DNA of 56,551 bases from Thermotogota bacterium (lineage in GTDB: Bacteria; Thermotogota; Thermotogae; Petrotogales; Kosmotogaceae). How positions within the stretch are numbered: the first letter of the stretch is position 1; every line of letters begins with the position of its first letter. Below are positions 48,334 to 56,551 of the stretch, in pieces. The notes beneath the pieces were generated by a model. The model was given only the letters and a program-made list of their open reading frames with translations, did not search any database and was not told where the DNA came from. Location of the stretch: contig JAYEJL010000059.1 of assembly GCA_034660555.1 (NCBI GenBank), forward strand, positions 1-56,551, read 5' to 3'. The position numbers were made by a program, and so were the translations under genes.

Positions 48334-50308
48334 ACTCAAAGCACCCTATTCTCCAAGGGGAGACCAGCCTAAAGCTATTGATGAACTGTGTAAAGGTTTG
48401 AAAAATAAAGAACGCTTTTTGACGCTTTTAGGCGTAACAGGTTCGGGAAAAACATTTACCATGGCTAGTGTGGCTGAACAACTTCAAAGACCTGTTCTTG
48501 TGGTATCTCCAAACAAAACACTTGTTGCACAGTTATACAGGGAGTTTAAAGAATTTTTTCCTGAAAACAGGGTTGAGTTATTCATAAGCTATTATGATTA
48601 TTATCAACCTGAAGCTTATATTCCAGCGAAAGATCTTTATATAGAAAAAGATGCTCAGATTAATGATGTATTATCCCGAATGAGGGTTTCTGCATTGAAA
48701 TCAGTTTTAACCAGAAAAGATGTGATCGTCGTGGCAAGCGTTTCTGCAATCTATGCCAGCGGTGATCCAAGAGATTTTCAGAATCTAAATATTGAACTCG
48801 AAACGGGTGAAGTAATAAAACGACAGGAACTTGCTAGAAAACTTTCCTCTATACAGTACAGACGTTCAGAAAATGTCAGTGTGGGTGGGGTGTTTCATAT
48901 GAAAGGTGATATTTTTGAAATTTATCCACCCTATGAAGATTACGGATTACGTTTATATTTTTTTGATGATGAAATAGAACGCATTGTTAGCATAGATCCA
49001 CTTAATAGAAACAAGATAGAAGAATTCGATAAAGTAATAATATATCCAGCCAAAGAATTTGTCACTACAGAAGTGAAGATTTCAAAGGCAATAAAAGAGA
49101 TAGAACACGAACTTGGAGAACAGGTTCGAAAGTTCGAGAAAGAGGGAAAATATCTTGAAGCACAGCGACTTAGACAAAGAACAATGTATGATATCGAAAT
49201 GCTTGCAACTCTAGGTTATTGCTCTGGTATAGAAAACTATTCTCGTTTTTTTGATAGCAGAAATCCTGGAGATCCACCATATACATTGCTTGATTATTTC
49301 AACAAAGAGGAATTTATCGTATTTATTGATGAATCTCATATTGGTGTTCCACAGATCAGAGCAATGTACAAGGGTGATCATTCAAGAAAGAAAAGCCTTG
49401 TTGAATATGGTTTTAGAATACCTTCAGCCTTTGATAACAGACCGTTGACTTATGAAGAATTTCTTGAAAAAACAGGTCAGATAGTATTTGTTTCAGCTAC
49501 ACCAACGGATTACGAACTTGGAGTTTCAGAGAGAGTCGTGGAACAGTTGATTAGGCCCACAGGACTTATTGATCCAAAGGTTGAAGTAAGAGCTACTGAC
49601 CATCAGGTAGATGATTTTATAGATGAAATGAAAAGAATAAAAAGTCGTGGCGAAAGAGCCATAGCAACAGTACTGACAAAAAAATCAGCGGAAATGCTTA
49701 GCACTTACCTAAATGAAGTCGGTGTAAAATCTGAGTATCTTCACTCGGAACTTGGGGCCATTGAACGAGTTGAGGTCTTGAAAAAACTGCGTGATGGTAC
49801 TGTTGATGTGGTTGTTGGAGTTAATTTACTAAGAGAGGGACTGGATTTGCCAGAAGTTTCGCTTGTTGCGATAATGGATGCTGATAGGGAAGGTTTTCTA
49901 AGGTCTGAAACCACACTGGTTCAGACAATTGGAAGAGCAGCACGAAATGTGAACGGGAAGGTTCTCCTTTACGCAGATCACATTACGGGTTCGATGAGAA
50001 GAGCCATAAGAGAAACAAATAGAAGAAGAACAAAGCAGATGATGTTCAATAAAGAACATAATATAACACCTGAAAGCATTGTAAAACCATTATATGATAG
50101 TATTTTTGCAGAATACTCAGACAAAGATAAAGAAGAAAAGGCTAAGAATGAATATGTTGGCGGGATACTTGCACTAAAGGAATCGCTTGATACAGAAGGA
50201 TATCTGGCAGTACTCGAAGAAGAAATGTTAAGAGCAGCATCCGAATTGAGATATGAAGATGCTGCAGTCCTCAGAGATGAAATGAGATCAGTAAAAAAAC
50301 GGAAGTAA
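48323..50308 (+). CDS. uvrB: Excinuclease ABC subunit B
   Basis: [43 protein letters not shown]. Confidence 0.98.
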   Translation: MKFELKAPYSPRGDQPKAIDELCKGLKNKERFLTLLGVTGSGKTFTMASVAEQLQRPVLVVSPNKTLVAQLYREFKEFFPENRVELFISYYDYYQPEAYIPAKDLYIEKDAQINDVLSRMRVSALKSVLTRKDVIVVASVSAIYASGDPRDFQNLNIELETGEVIKRQELARKLSSIQYRRSENVSVGGVFHMKGDIFEIYPPYEDYGLRLYFFDDEIERIVSIDPLNRNKIEEFDKVIIYPAKEFVTTEVKISKAIKEIEHELGEQVRKFEKEGKYLEAQRLRQRTMYDIEMLATLGYCSGIENYSRFFDSRNPGDPPYTLLDYFNKEEFIVFIDESHIGVPQIRAMYKGDHSRKKSLVEYGFRIPSAFDNRPLTYEEFLEKTGQIVFVSATPTDYELGVSERVVEQLIRPTGLIDPKVEVRATDHQVDDFIDEMKRIKSRGERAIATVLTKKSAEMLSTYLNEVGVKSEYLHSELGAIERVEVLKKLRDGTVDVVVGVNLLREGLDLPEVSLVAIMDADREGFLRSETTLVQTIGRAARNVNGKVLLYADHITGSMRRAIRETNRRRTKQMMFNKEHNITPESIVKPLYDSIFAEYSDKDKEEKAKNEYVGGILALKESLDTEGYLAVLEEEMLRAASELRYEDAAVLRDEMRSVKKRK

Positions 50309-50328
50309 AAAATGATGGAGAGATAAAT

Positions 50329-50772
50329 ATGAAAACAATTGCAAAAAACAAAAAAGCGAGACATCTGTATCATTTTCTGGAGAGTTATGAAGCTGGAATA
50401 CAATTACTTGGTACCGAGGTAAAATCATTAAGACAGGGAGCCGTTTCGATAGTAGAATCTTACTGTAGATTCATAAATGGTGAGCTTTACCTCATAAACG
50501 CTAACATAGGGCAGTACAGTCATGGAGCTCAATGGAATCATGATCCGATGAGAGAAAGGAAGCTGTTGCTTCATAAAAAGGAACTAATAAAGATTTACCA
50601 GAAAGTCAGAGAAAAGGGACTAACCATAGTACCCACAAAAATATACTTCAACGATTCGGGAATTGTCAAAGTAAAAATCGTACTTGCAAAGGGTAAGAAA
50701 CTTTATGATAGAAGAGAAGACATGATTAAAAGAGAGCAGGAAAGGCGAATTAGACGTAAAGAGGATAGATAA
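50329..50772 (+). CDS. smpB: SsrA-binding protein
   Basis: NKKA, EAGIQLLGTEVKSLR, RKLLLHK, KGKKLYDRR. Confidence 0.97.
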   Translation: MKTIAKNKKARHLYHFLESYEAGIQLLGTEVKSLRQGAVSIVESYCRFINGELYLINANIGQYSHGAQWNHDPMRERKLLLHKKELIKIYQKVREKGLTIVPTKIYFNDSGIVKVKIVLAKGKKLYDRREDMIKREQERRIRRKEDR

Positions 50773-51098
50773 TGCATCATGTAGCAATAATACTACTTCT
50801 TTTCTTCTTACTTTTTCCTTCAAGCACATTTTTTGCAAACAGTCTCGAACATGACAAATATCTCCATTTCTCTATAGGCTTTTCACTGAGTATTACTTCT
50901 AATTACTTTTTTGGTTTCCATGGGGACATTCTTGCTTTTGGTATAGGTATATTTAAGGAAGTATATGACTACTATGATGAAGATGGAGTAGCTGATTTAG
51001 AAGATATTTACTCCGATTTAATCGGTGTCTTATCTGCCAAGATATATATTAAAACGTTTGACAGAAAACCTTTAATTGGTTTCTGTTTGTTTTTTTAA
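50772..51098 (+). CDS. Small membrane protein, YfiM-like
   Basis: DKYLHF...G..KEVYD...D...DLIG pattern; coupled to the smpB stop (TAATG). Confidence 0.6.
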   Translation: MHHVAIILLLFFLLFPSSTFFANSLEHDKYLHFSIGFSLSITSNYFFGFHGDILAFGIGIFKEVYDYYDEDGVADLEDIYSDLIGVLSAKIYIKTFDRKPLIGFCLFF

Positions 51099-51110
51099 AG
51101 GAGGTTCCTA

Positions 51111-51923
51111 ATGAATGTAAAGAATAAAGTAGTCATAGTAACAGGTGGTGCCGGAGGAATAGGTAGTTCAATAGTGAAGGTATTTTCAGAAAATTCAGCA
51201 AGAGTTGTTTTCCTTGACATTGATGATGAAAAGGCAAAAGAATTAAAGAATTCTTTAAAGAATAGAGTAAGCTTCATACATTGTGATTTAAGAAAAGAAG
51301 ATGAAATAAAACATACGGTACAAACTATAGTTGATAACGAAGGTACGATAGACATTTTAATAAACAATGCTGCTATATGCTGGACAGGAGATATTTATTC
51401 ACGGTCGATAAAAGAATGGGACGAAGCTTTAACGATTAATCTAAGAGCTCCCTACATAATGAGTAAGTATTGCGCCCCTTACCTTTCTAAAGGGAAAAAG
51501 GAAAACGATGAGCATGATGAGCATATTGAAGAATTAATAAAGGACGATTACAATGTTAAAAATCAGGGAGTGATTATAAATATTGCTTCCACCAGAGCAT
51601 TTATGTCAGAACCAAATTCAGAACCTTATTCAGCTGCTAAGGGCGGTTTACTTGCATTAACCCATTCCCTTGCAATTAGCCTTGGACCCTGGGTAAGAGT
51701 AAACGCAATAAGCCCGGGATGGATTGATGTTTCAAAGCATAAAACAGGAGTTCAGGAAGAATTAAGGAAAGTAGATCATCTTCAGCACCCTGCTGGAAGA
51801 GTGGGAAGATCGGAAGATATTTCAAATATGTGTCTTTATCTGGCATCAGAAAAAGCTGGTTTTATAACAGGTGCCAACATTGTAATAGATGGGGGAATGA
51901 CCGTAAAAATGATTTATGAGTAA
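51111..51923 (+). CDS. Short-chain dehydrogenase/reductase
   Basis: TGGAGGIG, NNAA, YSAAK, VNAISPGWI, DGGM. Confidence 0.95.
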   Translation: MNVKNKVVIVTGGAGGIGSSIVKVFSENSARVVFLDIDDEKAKELKNSLKNRVSFIHCDLRKEDEIKHTVQTIVDNEGTIDILINNAAICWTGDIYSRSIKEWDEALTINLRAPYIMSKYCAPYLSKGKKENDEHDEHIEELIKDDYNVKNQGVIINIASTRAFMSEPNSEPYSAAKGGLLALTHSLAISLGPWVRVNAISPGWIDVSKHKTGVQEELRKVDHLQHPAGRVGRSEDISNMCLYLASEKAGFITGANIVIDGGMTVKMIYE

Positions 51924-51930
51924 AACTTTT

Positions 51931-52135
51931 AGAAAACGGGATCAGAGATCCGAGATCGGAGATCCGACTTCTTAAGAAAACGAGAACCGAGAAAAACCAA
52001 AGAGACAAGAAAGACCGAGAAAGCGAGATAAAAGTCATATGTACACCTTTACACTCCTTTGCAGTTACCTTCTTCGAAGAAGGATTCATAAAAGACGAGA
52101 ACTAGAAACGAGAATCCGGGAATTCGAGAGAAAAA
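51931..52135. repeat. Degenerate heptamer-repeat patch with an internal 16-bp palindrome
   Basis: CGGGATC AGAGATC CGAGATC GGAGATC (51937-51964), several CGAGAA(C/A/T) units, and CCTTCTTCGAAGAAGG (52068-52083). Confidence 0.7.
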
Positions 52136-52196
52136 CTTTCTATAACATGATTGGATATTTAATAATGAATATCAGCAAAAATTCTTTGATAATAAT

Positions 52197-52224
52197 AAAA
52201 AAGGCCGGCAGGTGGCCTTTTTTT
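52197..52224. terminator. Bidirectional intrinsic terminator
   Basis: AAAAAAGGCC-loop-GGCCTTTTTTT between convergent genes. Confidence 0.8.
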
Positions 52225-52252
52225 GTTAATAAGACTCTTGTAATCATGCAAT

Positions 52253-53353
52253 TTATGTTTTTGCTTCAACAAGATAATCATCAAGCCATCTAGCTTCCGG
52301 ATTCCGATTGAAAATCATGAACTTCTTGTAGTTTTCAGGATTTGCAGCTCTATGATATCTCATAAATATGTTTTCTTCGTTTAAACCCACAATTTCAATC
52401 TTCCCGGTAGCGTGTGACATAACAAATCTTGCTCTTTTTGCAAGTCCAGATACTTTCGATATTGCTTCGCTAAATAGTTTATAACCTTTTTCAATTGGCA
52501 CAGAAAATGTGAAGTTGCCTTTTGTGGGTCTACACTGGAAAACGTAATAGGGTGGCACACCTATAAAAGAGAGTTTTTGAAATAGCTTAACAAGCGCGTC
52601 AACACTATCGTTCACTCCAGCAATTAAAGGAGTCTGGTTACACAGTTCAGCACCGGCCTCTTTTAACATCTGAATAGCTTTAATTGATTCAGGTGTGATT
52701 TCTTTGTGGCTGTTAATATGTGCCATCACATATATCTTCTTTTCGATAGTACTGTATTTGTTAATTATCTGAAGTAATTTTTCATCGTTGATAATCCTGA
52801 AGGGATTGAACATCACCATTTTTGAACCCAATCTGATTATCTTAACGTGTTCGATCTTTCTCAATTCAGTTAATATCCATTCAAGCATATCTGTAGCAAT
52901 GATCAGTGAATCTCCTCCTGTGAGGAGTACATTAGTTATTTCGTCATGCTTGCGAATATAATCAAATGCTGGTTCATAGTCCTTTCTTGTAAGAACCTCA
53001 CTGCTGTAATACTTTTTGAACAGCCTTTTCCTAAAACAGAATCTACAAATACTTCCACAAACCTTTGAAACTAAAAACAATGCTGTATCCGTATATTTAT
53101 GCTCTAATCCTTTAGCAACTGTATATTTACTTTCTGATGATGCATCGAGATCACCCCAATCATCCAATTCATCCAGTGACGGAATGATTATCCTTCTGAT
53201 TGGGTCTTTAGGATCATCCCAGTTAATTAAGCCCAGATAATAATTGTTGGCTCTAAACATATACTCGTTTGTTACCTTTTTGAGCTTTTCTTTCTTTTCA
53301 TCACTAAGTTGGGCTATTTTATTAATATCAATGATATATTTTGGAGTGGTCAT
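52253..53353 (-). CDS. KamA-family radical SAM enzyme (lysine 2,3-aminomutase-like)
   Basis: DPIRR, GLEHKY, CGSICRFCFRKR, LLTGGD, NQTPLIAGVND, PYYVFQ, GKI. Confidence 0.9.
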   Translation of the reverse strand: MTTPKYIIDINKIAQLSDEKKEKLKKVTNEYMFRANNYYLGLINWDDPKDPIRRIIIPSLDELDDWGDLDASSESKYTVAKGLEHKYTDTALFLVSKVCGSICRFCFRKRLFKKYYSSEVLTRKDYEPAFDYIRKHDEITNVLLTGGDSLIIATDMLEWILTELRKIEHVKIIRLGSKMVMFNPFRIINDEKLLQIINKYSTIEKKIYVMAHINSHKEITPESIKAIQMLKEAGAELCNQTPLIAGVNDSVDALVKLFQKLSFIGVPPYYVFQCRPTKGNFTFSVPIEKGYKLFSEAISKVSGLAKRARFVMSHATGKIEIVGLNEENIFMRYHRAANPENYKKFMIFNRNPEARWLDDYLVEAKT

Positions 53354-53498
53354 CTTTCATACCTCCTTGATTGAAATTTCTCTTTGGATTCAAAATATGA
53401 ATTGTTAGTAATGTGTTTGGTAAAAAAGAGGAGTCAACGATTGATTCGTTAAAACAACTATATTATACCATGAAGATCAACTAAGACTTAATGATGGG

Positions 53499-54317
53499 TT
53501 ACGCCTTCACTGAGCCGGCTAGTAAACCCCTCAAGAAGTACTTTCCAAGTACGATGTAAACTATCAACGTTGGAAGAGCAGCGATAATCGCTCCTGACAT
53601 CTGTACATTCCAGTGTACAACCTGACTTCCAGCTAAATTGACGAGCGCCACTGTAATTGGTTGGATCGAGGGATCGTTGGTAACAGTTACAGCAAAAAGG
53701 AATTCATTCCAGATGTTTGTAAATTGCCATATCATAACCACAACAAAACCAGGGATGGAAATGGGAAGGAGTACTTTAATGTATGCCTTGATCAGACCTG
53801 CACCATCTATATGTGCAGCTTCAATAAGTTCATTTGGCACTTCAGCATAATAATTTCTGAATATTAACGTTGTTATTGGAAGTCCGTATATTATATGTGT
53901 TACTATAAGGCCCCATAAAGAACCATACAGTCCAATATCCTGCAAAAAACTTATAAGTGGAAACAATATACTTTGATATGGAATGAACATTCCAAAGAGA
54001 ATTAAAGTAAACAGCATGTTAGATCCTTTAAACTGCACCTTTGAAAGAATATAACCATTAAGAGAACCGACGACAGCTGAAATGAGAGCAGCTGGAATTA
54101 CAAGAAAAAAGCTGTTTTTTAGGTTGGGGCTCAGTCTATTGAAAGCTTCAACAATCCCGCTCAGTGAAAAATCTTTTGGAAGGAACCACATTCTCTGCAT
54201 ACTAACTTCCTGAAAGGATTTGAAGCTAGTTGATAACAAAACATATATGGGCATAAGAAATAAAATTGAAAATATGCCCAGCAATATGTAAGTAGTGATT
54301 TTTTTCCTTAATTTCAT
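53499..54317 (-). CDS. Carbohydrate ABC transporter permease (MalG-like)
   Basis: EAA loop ELIEAAHIDGAG, WNEFLFA. Confidence 0.95.
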   Translation of the reverse strand: MKLRKKITTYILLGIFSILFLMPIYVLLSTSFKSFQEVSMQRMWFLPKDFSLSGIVEAFNRLSPNLKNSFFLVIPAALISAVVGSLNGYILSKVQFKGSNMLFTLILFGMFIPYQSILFPLISFLQDIGLYGSLWGLIVTHIIYGLPITTLIFRNYYAEVPNELIEAAHIDGAGLIKAYIKVLLPISIPGFVVVMIWQFTNIWNEFLFAVTVTNDPSIQPITVALVNLAGSQVVHWNVQMSGAIIAALPTLIVYIVLGKYFLRGLLAGSVKA

Positions 54318-55252
54318 CGGGCCACTTCCCTTCTAAGGGCATAGTACAGATAGGGAATCATGATGACAGCCACCATAACTAACATAATGATTGCTATTGC
54401 AGAGCCAGTGGCGTATTTATTTGACCTAAACGTTGATTCAAACATATATATTGCAGGTACGTCAGTTACATTGTTTGGACCACTTCCGGTCATCGAGTAA
54501 ACAAGAGCAAATATCTTCAAAGACATATGTCCAAGCACGATCATTGCACTCAATGTTATAGGCCTTAATATAGGCAGCTTTATTTTCCATAAGACCTGCC
54601 AGTCAGTTGCACCATCAACCTTTGCAGCTTCTATTAGTTGTACTGGTATTCCCCTTAAACCTGCCAGATACATGGCCATGGTGTATCCCGAAAGTTGCCA
54701 GATAGCAGCAATAATAACTGGAATTAATGCCACATTAAAATTAAATATAGAAAAAGTACTCGTATACCATTTCCACTGAAATGTTTCCAGGCCAAATAAA
54801 CCAAATAAAAGGTTTAAGCCCTGTGGATTCTTTGGAAAATTACCGGGAGCAAAAATCCAGCTCCATACTGTTCCTGTTACTACAAAAGATACAGCCATTG
54901 GAAAAAGAAAGATATTCTGAAAAATCCTCGAGCCTTTAAGACTTCTGTCTATAAGTAGAGCCAGGATTACGCCGATTGTCAAACATCCACCAATAAAAAA
55001 GATGGTGAAATAAAGTGTATTCCAGAGATCAGTTTGAAAACGCGGGTCAGAAAATAACTTCAAATAATTACTGAAGCCGACAAATTTGTATTCTCCTTTT
55101 AATAGGGCTGTAAAACTGTTCCAGTTTGAAAAAGAAACACGGGTTGTCCAGCCAATAAAAATATATACAAAAATACCCAATGCAACTACCGTGGGTGAAA
55201 GAATTATAAAACCGAGTATTTTTTTCTTAGTTCGACCTTTTATTATGGGCAC
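54314..55252 (-). CDS. Carbohydrate ABC transporter permease (MalF-like)
   Basis: YLAGLRGIP..LIEAAKVDGA; GTG start after SD GGGAGG. Confidence 0.95.
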   Translation of the reverse strand: MPIIKGRTKKKILGFIILSPTVVALGIFVYIFIGWTTRVSFSNWNSFTALLKGEYKFVGFSNYLKLFSDPRFQTDLWNTLYFTIFFIGGCLTIGVILALLIDRSLKGSRIFQNIFLFPMAVSFVVTGTVWSWIFAPGNFPKNPQGLNLLFGLFGLETFQWKWYTSTFSIFNFNVALIPVIIAAIWQLSGYTMAMYLAGLRGIPVQLIEAAKVDGATDWQVLWKIKLPILRPITLSAMIVLGHMSLKIFALVYSMTGSGPNNVTDVPAIYMFESTFRSNKYATGSAIAIIMLVMVAVIMIPYLYYALRREVAR

Positions 55253-55265
55253 CTCCCGCTTTAAT

Positions 55266-55296
55266 AAAAACCTGAGCCCTTATCCAGGGCTCAGGT
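55266..55296 (-). terminator. Intercistronic hairpin/partial terminator between the binding-protein and permease genes
   Basis: ACCTGAGCCCT-loop-AGGGCTCAGGT followed by TTTT on the minus strand. Confidence 0.75.
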
Positions 55297-55312
55297 ACTA
55301 TAAACTGGTTTT

Positions 55313-56548
55313 TTAAAGATTTTCTTCAGCTGCTTCAATGATTGAGTTCCATGCTTCATCAACATTACCTGTTGCTATGAACCTGTTTATAATGTCGTTA
55401 AGAGCAGTTGTAAAGGCTTCAGGTGCTGCTGAGCCGTGTGCAATTGATGGACATAGTGCATTTGTTTTAAAATCTTCCATTGACCATCTTAAATACACAT
55501 CGTAAAGTTCAGGATTCGCGTCTATTCTAGCGGGTATAGAACCTTTGATTGGATTGAAAGCATCCTGACCTTCAACTGACGATATTACTTTCAACCATCT
55601 AATTGCATTGCTTCTATTGGGGGCATTTTTTGGAAGCCCAAAGGTATCACTTACTATCATGAAAGATCCTCTGGTGCTCGGTAATGCCATCCAGCCAAAG
55701 TTTTCTTCAGGTTTCCAGCCAAGGGTCTTCAGATATCCTTCAGCCCAGTCGCCCATGACATTGAATGCAGCTTGCTTTTCATAAAGAAGCCTTGTTGCAT
55801 CCTGCCACGCAAGTGCTGAATGATCCTCGTTTACATAGTTCATGAGTTCTCTGAATACCTCAAGGGCCTTTTTAACACCTTCATTTTCAAAGGATACTCT
55901 TCCATCCCAGAGCCCATTGTACTGGTATGGGCCAAGTATACCTAGAAGAACACTTTCAAACAAATGAGCTGCAGTCCATTTGTTTTTGTCACCTAGTGCG
56001 AGAGGTATGTAACCAGCATTCTCAATTTCCTTCAGGGTATCTATAAACTCAGGCCATGTAGTAGGTAGGGTTTCTATCCCGACGTCTTCTATTATTTCCT
56101 TGCTGTAGAACATAACGTTACCTCTGTGAATATTGACTGGAACTGAATACACTTCACCTTCATAACTACAAATGTCAAGAATATCTTTCGGGAATTTGTC
56201 CATTATTCCCCATTCTTTGAAGAACGGAGTTATAGGTTCCATCAGTCCAGTAACAACATAGGTATCATTCATTTCTGCTCCTGCATGTACCTGAAATGAA
56301 TCAGGCGGATTTCCTCCAATCATTCTTGTTTTTAATACAGCTTTAGCGTTTGTTCCTGCTCCACCAGCTACTGTTGCGTTAATAATTTCTACATCAGGAT
56401 AATTCTCGTGAAAAACATCATAAAGAGCGAATAAGGCGTCTTCCTCGCCTCCAGCTGTCCACCAGCTGAATATCTCAAGTTTACCTGAAGCAGATAAAAC
56501 CATCAGACCTGTTAATAAAAATACAGATAATACAAGAAGTTTCTTCAT
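55313..56548 (-). CDS. Sugar ABC transporter substrate-binding protein, glucose/mannose-binding type
   Basis: KLEIFSWW, GGAGTNAKAVLKTRM.GG.PPDSFQVHAG, MGDWA, FNPIKGSIPAR, resembling Thermus glucose-binding protein as I recall it. Confidence 0.88.
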   Translation of the reverse strand: MKKLLVLSVFLLTGLMVLSASGKLEIFSWWTAGGEEDALFALYDVFHENYPDVEIINATVAGGAGTNAKAVLKTRMIGGNPPDSFQVHAGAEMNDTYVVTGLMEPITPFFKEWGIMDKFPKDILDICSYEGEVYSVPVNIHRGNVMFYSKEIIEDVGIETLPTTWPEFIDTLKEIENAGYIPLALGDKNKWTAAHLFESVLLGILGPYQYNGLWDGRVSFENEGVKKALEVFRELMNYVNEDHSALAWQDATRLLYEKQAAFNVMGDWAEGYLKTLGWKPEENFGWMALPSTRGSFMIVSDTFGLPKNAPNRSNAIRWLKVISSVEGQDAFNPIKGSIPARIDANPELYDVYLRWSMEDFKTNALCPSIAHGSAAPEAFTTALNDIINRFIATGNVDEAWNSIIEAAEENL

Positions 56549-56551
56549 ATA

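Noticed and set aside
51931..52135. CRISPR array
   Set aside because: Units are 7-bp degenerate repeats without unique spacers; no cas genes
52039..52293. 84-aa plus-strand ORF (and 75-aa minus ORF 51862-52089)
   Set aside because: They derive from the repeat patch, have no SD or recognisable motif, and the plus ORF crosses a terminator

Overview
Low-GC chromosomal segment from a Thermotogota bacterium, probably Kosmotoga/Mesotoga-like. This assignment is an inference from gene content and protein style, not from a database search. The window starts inside rpmB and ends 3 nt upstream of a sugar-binding protein start, so it may be a whole contig. It is mostly housekeeping and central metabolism: HAD hydrolase, two deoxynucleoside kinases, smc, ogt, apt, pgi, coaE, glnA, ppdK, oadB-like, korDA-like, spoVS, valS-folC-ruvA-glmU-prs-rplY-pth-uvrB-smpB, a KamA-family enzyme, a glucose-type ABC transporter and tRNA-Asn. 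I found no integrase, transposase, prophage or CRISPR array. Most notable: (1) A split [FeFe]-hydrogenase system. A stand-alone catalytic gene (3158-4909) lies ~18 kb from a five-gene operon with two NuoEF-type diaphorase modules. One NuoF looks electron-bifurcating. The other has lost all four N-terminal Cys ligands and the C-terminal ferredoxin domain. Both loci carry a Rex-like operator exactly 3 nt downstream of an extended -10 box. (2) A GlpP-type terminator/antiterminator RNA switch in front of a glycerol-3-phosphate dehydrogenase operon that has no glpK/glpF. (3) rpmB with an in-frame TAA in its CxxC motif, and a multiply disrupted EamA gene. (4) A 1527-aa membrane-anchored protein with ~12 FnIII-like repeats plus a propeller-like end. 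(5) A purine-skewed heptamer-repeat patch with a perfect palindrome.
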